This document shows positions 45,723 through 58,834 of a stretch of 64,000 bases of DNA, piece after piece. The translations under genes and the position numbers were made by a program. Source of the stretch: Rhodosorus marinus CCMP1338 (lineage: Eukaryota; Plantae; Rhodophyta); assembly GCA_029953675.1 (NCBI GenBank), contig JAMWBK010000006.1, forward strand, positions 1,302,001 through 1,366,000. Direction: 5' to 3'. The notes below the pieces were generated by a model that searched no databases, was not told where the DNA came from, and worked only from the letters and a program-made list of their open reading frames with translations. Numbering within the stretch: the stretch's first letter is position 1; every line of letters begins with the position of its first letter.

Positions 45723-46929
45723 CTATCCTCCCAGAGCGGTGATGTCAGCATCGTCCAAACCCAACAGGTACAGAATGGAGTCCATGCTCGGTTGATCTAT
45801 CTTAGCCTTCACAGTCTGCTTGACGATCTCCTTCGCATTGAACCCGACACCGAGGCCTGCCTCTTCAAGCATCGGGATGTCATTCGCGCCGTCCCCAACA
45901 GCCAAGACTTGGTCAGGATGAACTTTGAGAAACGTACGCACGTTAATCAGAATATCCTTCTTTCTCTCAGCATCGACGATTTGACCCAAAACTTCACCAG
46001 TAAGTTTGCGGTCCTCGAATCCGAGAGTATTGCTGAACGAAGCGTCCATTTTCAGGGCGTCCCGCACGTGATCTGTCAAGAAAGTGAATCCTCCAGAGCA
46101 AACGCAGGTAGTGCATCCAAGATTGGACAAAACCCTGCGACGAAACCAAACGCATTCATTTAGCTTTCCAAATAACTTCGTGGCATTCTCCCTTGTCTGC
46201 TCACCTCATTAGTCGTTGTGCTCCGGCGGTGTATGGAACCTTCTGCTTCACGCTATCCAGCGCTTCAAGATCAACGCCTTTGAGCAAACGTACTCTCTGA
46301 AAAAGAGAATCTTCAAAGCGAATTTCGCCGTTCATGGCCCTCTGGGTGATCACAGCGCACTCCTCTCCTTTGCCGACATGCCGCGCAATGGTGTCAGCAG
46401 TCTCCATTTGGATCAGAGTTGAATCAAGATCGAACAAGGCAAGTCGCTTCATTCTTCGTTGCGCGGCATCCTTCTGCAGAACACAATCGACGCCATTGGT
46501 ATCAGAAAACTCTGCAAATGCCCGGCGGGTTGTTTCCTCGTCTTGAGGGTTGAAAGTCACGTTGATCTCAACAGATAGGGTGTCCGGTTTGTTGCTCAGA
46601 CGCCTCATGTTTCTCGTCTCAATTGAAAGCGATTTCAACAGCTCTGAAAAGTCCATCAGCAACCGTTCCTGGGTGTCCTGCCTGACACCCAGCTCAAGCA
46701 GCGTCACGGCATAGTCGACATCCTGTGACGAACTCCCCCTGGCTTGCAACCCAATATCCCGCAATGCGTATGCACCGTTTCCCTTCTCGTTGACATTCTC
46801 ACCTACCGAAGTGCAAGAAACTGGCCTCAAACCTGTTCTTCTTCCGAAGCCGGTTGTGCACACCGCAGAAGCATTGCATGGACTCAGACGAGCTGAACCA
46901 AAACCTGAGATAAATGCCATCCTTTTCAC
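45723..46929 (-). CDS. serB: Phosphoserine phosphatase (HAD family, ACT-like domain) with plastid-type transit peptide; exons 46929-46205 and 46134-45723
   Basis: FDLDSTL (DxDxT), AMNGEIRFEDSLFQRVRLL, SGGF and VGDGAND. A 70-nt GT-AG intron restores the frame (378 aa). Confidence 0.92.
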
Positions 46930-47848
46930 AAGCAGAAAACAAAAAGACAGAGGCGCGTCGATCCTTTCTGAAACTTCACTAGCGATCTACGCCGAAGTAT
47001 ACACCTCGTCCCTCTACGCAGGAAGTCCCCCTGCTCGAAGCCTCGGAATCTCAGCGACGATCTCTGTCCCCAACCGATTGTGACAGGTACGGGGGACTAT
47101 ATACCAGCCAGGCCGATTCCTGTTGAAGCAATGATTTAGGCCGCGGTGATTGATGCAAGGACTGACTACGTCAACCTTTCAAACGGGGCTTCACGGACAA
47201 CCTCTCAAACTGGACGATGCTCCCGCGCGGGGAGCGTGGTCAGCGTCTTAAAAACCTCTGAACCGAGAAGGGTAAAGCTTTCCTCTAGTGCTTTTACTCG
47301 CAGGCGAGGTGTTCGTTACCGCGTTACAAATATCATGTTCAACTTGAGAACAATCAGTGATCAGCCCTCTATTGGCCACTCAATCTCCACCATCCTCTTC
47401 GCTTCTAATCCGCTCAACCTCTAATCGTCGACGCCACTCTAAAGTCCTAACCAATAATACCTCCCTCATCAAATAACCCTCAAATTCTATACTATTAAAA
47501 TTAATATTCATTATACGAAAATATCCAGACTCGTTGAACCGAATACAAACCCCCTAGATACTTTTTGTAAATTTCCTGTTGCTGGCCGTGGATTGACATT
47601 TTGCTATTTGAAGATGGAGATAGCAATGAGGTGAAGATCCGAGGATGATGCTTTCTGGTCAGGGGTTTTGAAAAGGGTGAGATACAGAGTGTCTTACTAG
47701 TTCTGGTTAATGTGAATAGATTGAATACGCTAATACTTGCGTGAAGAAGTACCTGCCTGCTCTTGTTTTTTTTTCTGGTAGCCTTTGTTGTGTGTGACAA
47801 GTTTGGCAAACTAAGGGCTGGGCTGGAGGGGGTTTGGAGGGGAGAGAG

Positions 47849-48337
47849 ATGGAGGCGTTTGTTTCTACTGTTGGCATTGGGAATGGGAGGGATACGAGTA
47901 GGTTGAGATGTCGTCGACGTGGAGTGGTTGCGATGGCGAAACCTGTGGCTGAGTTTGATAAGGTTTGGTTGAAACTGGAGAGTGGTCCGGATCAAACTTC
48001 GAGTGGGTTGTTGTTGAAGACGGACGAAGAGATTAAGCAGAACATTGGGATGGTATGAAAAAAAAACCTCCATTTTTTTCAATTTTGGCAAGTCCAGTGT
48101 ATGTGGCCGACTAATTTCTTTCTCGTTCGCTTTTGGATTCGCCGCTTTTCCATGTAGGTTGTCTCTGTGGGGCCTGGTGACCAACTCGACGACGGGAGCT
48201 ACGAATCCCACTCAATCGTGGAAGGTAGTAAGGTGATCTTCAATGAACATTCTGGTAGAGAGATCTCGCTTGATGGCGTGGACTATGTTGTGTGCAAGGT
48301 TAAGGACGTAGTTGCAACTTTCTCTGAGATTGAATAA
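47849..48337 (+). CDS. cpn10: Plastid-targeted co-chaperonin Cpn10 (single GroES domain); exons 47849-48052 and 48158-48337
   Basis: Transit peptide MEAFVSTVG. KPVAEFDKVWLK...TSSGLLL, then a 105-nt intron, then VVSVGPG...DG...KVIF...GREISLDG..YV...DVVA. Confidence 0.85.
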
Positions 48338-49043
48338 AAACGCGAACGGACCGATTCGCTTTTGGAACTGTTGCGCCGGCGCCACTGCGATGGCCCAGTC
48401 ACATAACAAAAGTGTGCAACTGGAAGGCATAAACTGTTGAAGCCTAGTCCCCATTTTTCAGGGTTTTCTTGCCAACGGCATTTCCACGCTGTTCTTCCGA
48501 CTGCGTGAAGAGGACGAGCGCACCTTTTTCGGCAGACAACCCATTGCGCCACATTTTCTCTTCCGTTCAACCACAGAAAAGGAAGAGGTATGGCGCCGCT
48601 CAGGTGGTACTGAAATTTTGGGGTGGAGAGTACACTACAGCCGGGAGAGCAGCCGAGTAACAACCAGGCATTTTCACAACCCATGCGTTACACACTAAAT
48701 TTAACCTATTCCTGTAAGCATTACTTAATAAGCAAGAACAAACTAGTGAAACAGACGGCCACTATCCCAGCTCATTGGCACTGCCTTACCACCCGCAACT
48801 AATCAAGTTTCAATTGACACATATGGGAAGTCGCACCCTACACAAACGCCAAAGCTCTTATCCATCCCGAACCAGATGAGCGTAAGCCCCCACTTTGCCT
48901 CTGCCTACGTATCGATTGCGGCCCTCTGTGAGTACCGACCCTGTGTACAGAAGAACATAGGGCACCGAAACAAGTGTAGGCAGCAATGGTCGAACAACAA
49001 CTCTCGTACTCCCCAACGCCTCTTTTCCCAAACATAAAACGTC

Positions 49044-49673
49044 TCATAGATATCCTCCTGTTACTGGCGCTGTGCTCGAACCCAGCGAGTTCAGAAGTGA
49101 CGTTGACAGCGATAGAATTAGAATAACTGCTACCCAAAATCGCCAATCCTTTTGGAGAACTCTCCACGGCGGGAGGTTCATGAAGCCCTTCTGCTGGCTC
49201 AGTTGCTGGCGGATGGTGGACGGACGGGAGACCTTCTTCTTGCTGTTCTCAATAGCCTTTTTCTGTGGACGTAGAACATGGAAACACGAACATTAGATAA
49301 ATTCAACGCCGTAGCGCTCAGGTTGGCCTTCTAAGCGAGCTCCGCCGCATCAAAAGTTTCGCTTGCTTTTTGATCTGGTCACCTCACGCATCGCCTTGTC
49401 TCTCTGGTAGCGGCTGCTGGTTTTCAGAGGTTCTCTCAGAGTCTCATCCAAGGGCGCAGGAGCTGGGTTCGACCCCGTCTCCTTGAATCTTGCCCACTCA
49501 GCGTTCCAGTCGCGACCCGACTCAGGAATGTCGTGAATATCCTTACCCTTCTCATCCCCGCCATCCGCCGCCGCAATCACCACAACCTTCTTCCTACAAG
49601 CCGAAAACCCGCGCCCAACTCCTCCAACCTTGTGAGCCTGAAGCCCAACAAATGCCAAACACAAATCTGCCAT
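49044..49673 (-). CDS. Small putative plastid protein of unknown function with C-terminal TM helix; 169 aa; exons 49673-49383 and 49262-49044
   Basis: Transit-like N-terminus, RDWNAEWARFK motif, a 120-nt phase-0 intron, then LPPWRVLQKDWRFWVAVILILSL. Confidence 0.65.
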
Positions 49674-51335
49674 TCTTCCCCACCAAACAAAAGAAAAAAA
49701 GACGCCCTCCCCAACCCCTTCACTTAAAAAAAAGCAAGGTTCTTCAATCCCGAATCCACCCCCACACCCACTCTTTTCCTTCTCAAACCGCCTTTTACCG
49801 CCTCTGTCCTACGCCCTGTGCTATACACCAAGCATCCACAAGGGAGACAAATAAACATCCAATCCTACCCAACTACTTCACCGACCGCCTTCCTCATGAA
49901 CACCATACCAACGATTCCGCACCCATTCCCGCCATCCCCAACCCGGCTCCTATTGCCATGATCTGCAGAGCCTAGCAAAACATTTCTAACTTAAGATTAA
50001 ATTTCTAAAACTAGAAATATATTCTAGATATAATTTAAATACATAAAATTAGAATACAATAAACTAAATCATGAGTTAGAGTGGTCGTTCGAGGACTTTA
50101 ATATAGACCCATGGTTCTCTCCTCCGATCCCCCCCCCCTTTGAAAATTTCAGTTCGGAATTGCAAAACTGAAATACTAAAACAAATAGCCGGTGGTGACT
50201 TTCTCACGAGGACGTGATTAAAAAAGGCCTTCATAAACAAAATACAAAACACCCCCTAATTTCAAAAAAACATATTATAAGATCTTTTGGATATTTTGTT
50301 TCTAGACATTTATTATTGTCCATTAAATGCTGGCTGTCTTGTGAAATATATATTAATATAAAAATACCCATTAAAACGTTTAGTGATCGCCACGCGTCAT
50401 TAAAGTTGTTGGACTGCGATGATTGAGCAGGGCCCTTTTTCTTGTTCTAATAGGTCGGATACCCCTGGGCTTTTCCTCCCTCCCCCCCCCCTTGCCTGAC
50501 TTTTGCAGTTGTACAAGAGAATGAAATTTCTTGAATTATCACCTATTATGTAAGAACTTTTCTTCACCGGGGAGGGGGGGGGTTAAATCGGGCTTCAAGA
50601 TTTTATCGGGGGGCTGGTGAGAGGGGAGTGTGCCGTGGGCGAGAAAGTGGTTGGAGAGGGGGAGGGAAAAGAACAGCTGGTGTGTCATGTTAGAGCCATG
50701 GGTTCGATGCGGCAGATAAATTACTCCCTGGAGTTTCCATCAACGCGAAAATAGGAAAGCTTAGTTAAGCTTGCGATTTGTCATTGCCAGACTTCCGACT
50801 CGCCTCCAGTCGATCGTGCAAACCTTGTTGATTCTTCCGATGACCTGTTCTACCCGGTTGATCCTTTGATGCTATTATTTTCGAAATGAGTGCAGCTCGT
50901 GGTTGCATCAGCTGCTATAGCCTACCCGTTCGGGGTGGAAGAAGCAATACCTGGAGTGGTACTGATTTGACCTCCCAGAAACATCCTGGCTGGCGGTGGA
51001 ATACCGAGCTACCTGAGTGTCAGCAACCCCACTGCGCTCAGCTTTCTGAGATGCTCGTAAATAGTTGAGAACTTTTTCGAGCGGCGGATACGCCGACAGC
51101 CAAACTCGTGAGATATTTTGTTTCCGTTGGACTACTTGCTGACTGTTGCGCTCAGAAATCTGAGTGCCGTGGGGTTTTGGCGTTCAGTAAAAACAGCCCC
51201 GATTATCGGTGCTTGGTGTTCCGATTCAGTCCTTTGCTCAGGTCGAGCGATGCTGCTTTGTTGTTGAACCCGCGCCTTAGCCGTTTATTCTTAGTTTCGC
51301 GGTCTGCTCAGGGTCGCCTGCCTATGACTAGGGCA

Positions 51336-51368
51336 ATCCATCCATCCATCCATCCATCCATCCATCCA
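51336..51368. repeat. (ATCC)n microsatellite, ~8 copies
   Basis: Directly visible. Confidence 0.9.
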
Positions 51369-51756
51369 TGGCTACGGAGTTGGGCCTTACGGATCGGGAG
51401 CGTCTTCTTCTGCATGTTTGGTCAACCCGCTTGCTGCGTTCCGGGTGGCTAGCGCAATACATTTACCATCCAATGACGCAGCAGTGCGGGAGCGCGATTA
51501 GGAAAGCCCCAGAGCATGTGGGAAACAAAAAAAGAAGACGATCTTGTTCCGCCAATATCAGATATATGCGGTTGCCCGTTTCTTATTTACACTTTGTAAT
51601 CATCAAACTACATTACACAGATCTCCCCCCTCCCTTCCATGAAAGGCTCACTGAAGTCATCAGAGGAGGATTCGAACCGAGTTGCGAAAAAGCCTTCGCG
51701 ATGTGAACCCAAAACAAAAAGGCAACACTTCCTTCCTTCTGGTTCCATTGATTCGT

Positions 51757-54700
51757 CTAGTCAAGACCAAAGGGGTTGCCCTCATCGTCGCCCCGCCTGC
51801 TTCTGTTCTCACGCCCTTCCCGCTTCTGCTTGGGCTTCTTTCTTTTATCTGCAACCAGGTGTGAGCTGTTCTTTGGTCCAGCCATCCCCTGGATGGCCTT
51901 CCCCAGACGTTGAGAACGGATGAGCGCGAACCTTTCGGGTTCGAAAAATTTGTCGATGCGAGTTTGCACGTGTTCAGGAGACCGCTCGCGCCTCTCCAAC
52001 TCCTTTTCCAGGGGATTGAGAAGTTCATCAGCCTTTTCCTGCTTCCATCCAAATTTCTCCCAGCAAAACCGCCTTAACATTTCAAAGTCAGGTTTGGTCC
52101 AGGTGAACTTCGCCTTTAAGCGATCGCACTCAGGCACCTCGTACGCCTCGACAACTTGAGCGTTTGGAAATCCTTCCCGTATCTCCCAATTCCTCCTTAT
52201 ATTCCGGTGCTTCCAGCAGAATTCCCTCCGAATGGCTTCCGACTGTTCCAGCGTCGCAAGTTCCTCTTCAGAAGGTTCCTCGTCCAGAAGAGTGATTTTC
52301 TTATCCACCCACTCGCGAAACTCTTCTAGTCCGTTCGGCCCGGGAAATGCTTCAAGAATCTCTGCCGCATTAACAATGCCAACTCCACGTACTCCGTCGG
52401 TATAGTCGCTACCCAGAAGCAGGGCCAGCCTAATCAGTTTTGATCGTGTCATTCCCATTTCCTCCTCTACTTGCTTCATCTCATAACCCTCTACGTATTT
52501 GTTCTTGTTAAACATATTTCTGTACACATTCAACGCGCCAAAGAGAAACGCGTCAGAATCTTCGGTCACCACGCCATCCACAAGCCCCACTTCGTTCAGC
52601 CACGCGCACTGCGCTTCCGCCTCGTAAGGAGCCTCAATGTAGGGGATCCCGAACAGACGAAGCATGTCCCGAGTTTCAGCATACATTTCATCCGAAACTA
52701 GATGCGAAGCTGCTCTACGAGCTCGCACTTCTCGCTGCAAAGCTTCCCCTTCCTGGTTGACGCGCAGACGCATTGCCTTGATCTGCTCTTCGTTGCCGTC
52801 ATCAGCTAAATCAGCCCATTCGGATGCTGAGAGCGCGGCCTCTGCGAGTGCAACAGTGTCATCCAGAGGCGAAGAGAAATCCGGGCTTCGAGATTCAATT
52901 ATCGGCCTGATTTCATCCTCCTCTCCCGTATCAGGCAAAGGGTCACCGTCTCTGGGCTCCCTCTTCTCATCCTGGGCGCCGGCCGCTAACCCACCGTTCA
53001 CAGGGCCCTCCGCGCTTGAAGGACCGTCCCTCCCCGCGGAAGCATTCGGCGGTATCGCTTCGCCTTTCCGTATCTTCCCTAAGTCCGCGTTCCCCTTCGA
53101 GTCCTCGTGTGGCCTAGAGCTAAGATTTCCAGGAGTACCTTCCGATTCCAGCTCACCAGCGATTCGCTCCTCCGTCAAAGATGGTTTCGCTGAATCCCCC
53201 GGTGCTTTTCCATCATCTGCAGCCAACTCGGACGGTCCGTCATACTTGTCTAGTTCACGCGGACCAGGAGATATTCGTTCTGTTTGAAGAGTAGCTAGGA
53301 TAGCCTCCTGAACCCCGTACTCGGCAGAATCAATCAGCAGAGGATCAGCCTCTCTGGAGATCAATGTCCCGTTCGATTCAACCTTGAATATGTCGTCGGA
53401 CTCGTAAACGCCTTGATCGCCTTTATCATTGCTCTGTCCTCGATCCTCTCGTTCGGATTTCGCAAGACCGCGAAGGAATCCTTCCAAAGCTCGCGCTGCC
53501 TTGGAGTGAAACTCATCACAGGGAACGTGTTGTCCCGAGGTCGTCACCGGCTCCGGCGAGGTCAACGTAATAATTTCACCATCGAGCCTCGGCCACCGCG
53601 ATTTCACTTCCACAGGCGACGCCAACGTAATGATTTCTTCATCTTCCTTTTGCTCCACAGATATGCCGTTCGGATCCTTCGGTTTCTCAGTCTCTACATC
53701 TACAACCTCCCATTCCATTTCATCCACAGACCCCGTACTCTTCTCTCCTTCTCTAGCAGCTCGCTGCACCTCTTCGTCAATGATAAATATCGGAAGAGCA
53801 GACTCTCGACCTGTGGCATTCTTTCTTAGCGCTGAAGTCGCCCATTGGATGCTCGCTTCAGCCTCTTGCCTAGCGCTCTGGTTACTTTTCTGTTCATCAG
53901 GAGAGGAGCTCAGGAGGACATCTTCGTCTGCCCGATCCTTCTTTCGAAAGACAAACGTTCTCTTCGAGTCCGATGCCACTCTTTTCTCCTCACCCTGCAT
54001 ACCAGATACTTTTCGACGAGTCTGTCGAATGTCTTGTAGTTGCTTCGTAGAGCGTAGGAAGTTGCTGATCTGCGCGCGAGAGAAGTCTTTAGGTGAGGAC
54101 TCCGCCACCTGAACTATCCGCTCACGGTGCGCTGCTCTCAGCTTCTGAGTGTCGTTTCTCCACGTGTCCACACGGAGTCGACCTGGGAGCTCTCTTAAGT
54201 CGTCATCATCGGACATATCCGCGTAGATAAGATCTGCATCAACGTCAGTAGACCTTGGTGATTCCTTCCCTGCTAGCGGGTTGCTTCCATCGTCAGCTTG
54301 GGATGACTTTTCCTGTTGACTTAAGTTGTTGGAGGCCTCAGGTTCGTCCAAACTCTCCCGAGCCCTCTTGCGAGAACTGCCGGCCTTTCCGGCGATTTCG
54401 ACGCGGTTATCCAGAGCTCGAGCTTGAAGTCTGTTGAGAACCATTCTCTCTGCGACGCGCTTCAGCTTTGCTGTCTGTTTCTCATGGAGCGATCGTCTTC
54501 TCTCGAGAGTTTTCCTCTTGAGCGGATGAGCTTGCCCATCGAATACGAACACTGGTCTAATGTAATGGTATAGGAGCTTACAACAGCGGCGGAAAAACCC
54601 CAACAGATGGGCGTTTCGGAGCATCATCCCCTCAGCATCACGCATCGCCCGGACGAACTGGGTGAGCCAAACAGACGCATCGACGGCCATGGTCTGCCCG

Positions 54701-54768
54701 CGGATGACTTCTAGGGGCAACTGCCTCCCCACTGGAGACAATAAATCCCACAAACCGTGGACACCCAT
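51757..54768 (-). CDS. ERCC5: XPG/RAD2/UVH3 nucleotide-excision-repair endonuclease, intronless, ~1003 aa
   Basis: N domain MGVHGLWDLL...AVDASVW...FVFDG; long spacer; I domain PYEAEAQCA...TEDSDAFLFG...LLGSDYT.GV.GVG. Confidence 0.95.
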   Translation of the reverse strand: MGVHGLWDLLSPVGRQLPLEVIRGQTMAVDASVWLTQFVRAMRDAEGMMLRNAHLLGFFRRCCKLLYHYIRPVFVFDGQAHPLKRKTLERRRSLHEKQTAKLKRVAERMVLNRLQARALDNRVEIAGKAGSSRKRARESLDEPEASNNLSQQEKSSQADDGSNPLAGKESPRSTDVDADLIYADMSDDDDLRELPGRLRVDTWRNDTQKLRAAHRERIVQVAESSPKDFSRAQISNFLRSTKQLQDIRQTRRKVSGMQGEEKRVASDSKRTFVFRKKDRADEDVLLSSSPDEQKSNQSARQEAEASIQWATSALRKNATGRESALPIFIIDEEVQRAAREGEKSTGSVDEMEWEVVDVETEKPKDPNGISVEQKEDEEIITLASPVEVKSRWPRLDGEIITLTSPEPVTTSGQHVPCDEFHSKAARALEGFLRGLAKSEREDRGQSNDKGDQGVYESDDIFKVESNGTLISREADPLLIDSAEYGVQEAILATLQTERISPGPRELDKYDGPSELAADDGKAPGDSAKPSLTEERIAGELESEGTPGNLSSRPHEDSKGNADLGKIRKGEAIPPNASAGRDGPSSAEGPVNGGLAAGAQDEKREPRDGDPLPDTGEEDEIRPIIESRSPDFSSPLDDTVALAEAALSASEWADLADDGNEEQIKAMRLRVNQEGEALQREVRARRAASHLVSDEMYAETRDMLRLFGIPYIEAPYEAEAQCAWLNEVGLVDGVVTEDSDAFLFGALNVYRNMFNKNKYVEGYEMKQVEEEMGMTRSKLIRLALLLGSDYTDGVRGVGIVNAAEILEAFPGPNGLEEFREWVDKKITLLDEEPSEEELATLEQSEAIRREFCWKHRNIRRNWEIREGFPNAQVVEAYEVPECDRLKAKFTWTKPDFEMLRRFCWEKFGWKQEKADELLNPLEKELERRERSPEHVQTRIDKFFEPERFALIRSQRLGKAIQGMAGPKNSSHLVADKRKKPKQKREGRENRSRRGDDEGNPFGLD

Positions 54769-56290
54769 GTTGAATTCGCACCAAGAAAAAGAACACCTTC
54801 TTTCAGGAGGCCATCTCTTCAAGAGTTCTCACCCAACACGTTGTTCCCTCGTTTTATAATATACAGAAATCGAAGAACCCCAGATCACGTCATTGGACGT
54901 GCGTCCTTGTCGAGCTCCAAGGCTCCCCAAAAGCACTTACTAAAGCCTATTCAAGTTTCCATCGCCATCTATCTTTACACACACCCTCATCCATACCCTT
55001 CTCCCGTTGACAAAAGCTCCATCTCCTATCGCCTGAGCTACGATGAAGGTGCTCAGGTTTGCCGTAGGCATGCCAAGCTTCCAGTATCTGAGTAGTAGCT
55101 CAACGAAAAAGCAGAGGGTTCTGTGCTAAATTTTTTTTTTTCACCCTGAGTTTCGCCACTGCCCGTTGAGCCGGCTCACCTGGGAGGTTGGAAGTTCGGC
55201 TAGCAGGTTTCCCACACGATCGAACGGGAATAATTTAGGGCTTTCGTTTTCTTCCTTTAGCATTCGTCTATCAATACCGATGCCCAGCATCCATGATGCA
55301 CATCGGCGATGTTATCTCAACGACGTGCCATATGGGCAAGATGGAAGCTGTCTGAAGCGTCCTGTGCGAGTGGGTGGTTTTCTCCCGCCAAAGCTGAACA
55401 ACTAGCAGCATTGGCTTTTGTCTGCTAGCAAAGGCCACCCGTTCACGCAGGTATGAGATTGTGCGTTGTAGGCCGACCAGCCAAAGAACATGTGCCTTTC
55501 CCGCTCTCTACCCAATTCCTTCCTCTTGCTCCTGACGGCGGCCCGCTAGGACGCTTGTCTCTGTCGGAATGCTCTCATGCCTAGTTCGTCCTTGCGTAGG
55601 ATTCAGGGGGTGGACCTTGCCAGCATGAAGCGTTTTAGACTGTGTTGCCGCCTCCGGGATCCCTGGGTGGCCTTCTCTATGCCACAGGGAACGTTTGGAG
55701 TGACATTACCGTGGCAGGAGGTTCTGTTGGCCAATAGTGGGACTCATTATTCTCCATTACTTTGCCTTTTCTCGGATGCTTTAGGTCCACGTCTCTAAAT
55801 CTACAGTCGCTCTGTCGATCAGATCGTACCGCAAGTGACTTTTCAGGTTGGAAATCAAGACCGCGTACATTGTCGGCTGCTAACCATCAGGTTTGAGTTG
55901 AACAGTTTACTGATATCCTGTGAAGGATGTTTCAGACGCAGCAATTGTCCGCAAACAGTTGTTTCATATAGGCCTGCTCGCGAAGCACGCCTCTCATAAA
56001 GCAAGCATTCAGTCTGTTCCGTTGTGTTTAAGGTTGGTTGCCAAGGGAGCTAATGATGATCAACACCTGGACAACAGCTGAATGACAAGGAAAGGCCGAT
56101 AACGCTTTTCCATCGCTTTTACTCATAGAATTGGTGTTCTAGTAGTCCTCCTAGCTACACGATTATGGAATATATAAATCAACATCGATCACTCTTCAGG
56201 CGTTGGAACGACACGCGAACAATGATCGTAAACGTGCAGTAGATCTCGCATGACATTCAGTTGCAATCAACTGGACTCGAATTTTGCTTC

Positions 56291-57491
56291 TCACTTCGCG
56301 ATCGAAGGATTCAGTTTCATCATCAAAGCCTTGTTACGCAGAGGATTCTTCTTCCTTGGTGCGAGCCTGATCTCCTGCCTCTTCTTCGGATTCACAGCGC
56401 TCTGGATTTCGTCGGAGTTAATGAGTCGGGTGAGGTCAGAGATTGCCATCGTTGGTCGCGGCAAGACAAAGCCCTTCTTCGAAGAGGCTTCCTCCAGAGA
56501 TCCGTACAAGCTGTTCAACTTTGTGAACGCATCCTCAGTCCATACGATAAATCTTCCGACGTGGCCTCCCGGAGCAACTTGCAGCAGGTTCAGCCTGTCC
56601 ACGCAGCACAGCTCAACTCCCGGAAGGTTGCGGAAAGCTTTGACGATACCCTTATCTTCTCCGTACACAATGAGCGGTCCTCTCTTCTGAACATATCTCC
56701 TGTTTCGCATCTTTCCCTTGCCAGCGCGAATCTTCCTGCTGCTCTTGGCCTTTTCCACATCGGCAAGAGCGCCCAGAGTCTTCAACACTTCAGCAGCCTT
56801 CGAAGTCTTCTGCAGCTCCTGTACATCGTTGCTAATTACGAGAGGGACCTCTGGAACTTCCGAAATGTCATGACCTCTTGACTCAACAAGTGGTTGCACA
56901 GCAGAAGCAGCGAGAGCGGACGCCAGTGCATGCCTACAAACAAATGATCGTTCGAAACATAAAGACAAAGCTTGAGAAAACAAATGCAATTGCAGACACT
57001 GTGCCCTCAAGACGAAAACTGAAACGTCGTTTCAAACTTTCATTCTTCGCTTCCACCAACTTCCCCAAGCAAAAAAGGAAAAGACGGTGCGGTGGACAAG
57101 CCCAACAAGTTGATCTTAGTTGCAAAACGCACCTTCTCTGCTTGAGCCCAACCTTGACGTGCCACTTCCTCCAAATCTTGTTGGGAGAGAACATGTGTCC
57201 TCCTCGACACATGTTTCCGAAAGCTCCCTGTCCAGATCGATGAGTACCACCGCCCGGAACACGCGGAATACGTGAAACGGCACGACCGGTTCCCCAGGAC
57301 TCGGCAGAGGTCTGCATACCCGCCATCTTGCTCACCGCATAAGCCTGCCTCTTATTCTTGGCAATTCCAGTATGCACCAGCTTCACCAGATCTGGTCGAA
57401 GCGGCGTCGAAAGCACCGCCGGCATCGACACATTCCCACATTCCTTACCGTCCTCAGAACTGAACACGGTCACTACCGATCGTGCTGCCAT
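56291..57491 (-). CDS. RPL4: 60S ribosomal protein L4 (uL4); exons 57491-57133 and 56933-56291; 3' end uncertain
   Basis: [36 protein letters not shown], a 199-nt intron, [11 protein letters not shown] and APGGHVGRF. Confidence 0.95.
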
Positions 57492-58834
57492 CCTTCCTTG
57501 CAAAAAAAGCAAAAACCTCCCCTCCTACCTGTACAGGTCCCCCCCCCCCAAACAAAAAACACAAACCTACGCGTCTTTCCCCCTCAAACCTTCCCCTCAC
57601 TCTCACCCACTCTTGCCCAAGCCACTTCCCATCCTCTTCACCAAGGACTCGATACCGAAAACAAAAACAAACAAAACGAAACCCAAATGCGTTCACATCA
57701 ATCCCCGTCCACCCCCCTAAAATATGCTTCCCAAGCACCCTTTCCAAACTCGATTAGTCAACTTATCCAAACTAAGAAACAAAGAAATCCTGTCTCATAC
57801 CTTATAAAAAAAAGGCTTATTAGAATCTACATCAACACGATAAACCCCCCTCCATCGCGTCCATGAAAAACCTATCGCCGTCGGCGGGGAACGCCGAGTC
57901 GCTCTCAAAAACGCCGCATCCAGGCACTGGAGTAAATAATTCCAAAATTCAGTATAAGGGGCGAAGCAGTTGGGTTCCTGGTAAAACGCCGAATTTCTCG
58001 GTAAGCAGATGGATTAATATCCTCCATTGGATCTCGTTTAAAGTCCGTGTACTAATAATTACACTACATATGGCAATATAATTTACTAATTCAAATTTAT
58101 ATATCGTTAATTACGTTTGCAATATACCGTCAAGTCGATTCTTTTCTACGGAGAGTATCAGTCAAGTTAACGTTTATCAATCAATAAATAGCTTGAAGCG
58201 TTTGTGCAGATACAGTACTTTTCAGTTTGCGGTTAGGAGGGGGACAGAAATACTTTAATCTGTACCATATATATCATAAAACAAGAGCAGTTCAGGAAAA
58301 ATCCACTCATTTGTAAGAAATTGTGAGCATAATATGGATTTGCATGTATCTAATCTGGACTATTGAGCATAGAAAAGATCAACTCTAGAATATTCTGAAA
58401 ACAAGGGCTTCCTCTACAGCTTAACCAATCACATCCTCTATAGAATCTATATGGGCCAATCAACGATGACCATAGGTGACGGTCGGATCGCGTCAAGCGT
58501 TTGGAAAAAGATACTGAAATCAAGTATGGGACAGTCTGTCCCGAATTTTTCCACTTCTAGATTTCTCTTGGAATTTATTTCAACAGAAGGAGATAATTCG
58601 TTTTTACGCTTTTCGGGCATTGTCTTTGGAAACCTTTTGTTTTTGAGAATGTGGAGATTATTGATATTGGCAATCGAGTTGATGGGCGGGGTGCGGTGAG
58701 TTTGGTGCTTTGGTTGGTGAAGGATCTATCATTTGTGTTCACTTTTGGTCTTTGAAGTGCTTTGTCTAACTGTTAAAGTCTGCGACTTAGGATCAAAGAG
58801 GGAGAGCGGTGAAATTTTTTTTTTGGTTCTGAGT

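Noticed and set aside
54860-56200. Additional gene between XPG and RPL4
   Set aside because: Several GT/AG signals are present, but I could not assemble a consistent open frame on either strand.
56934-57132. Intronic snoRNA in RPL4 (as in vertebrates)
   Set aside because: I did not identify a convincing C/D box pair with terminal stem on the sense strand.
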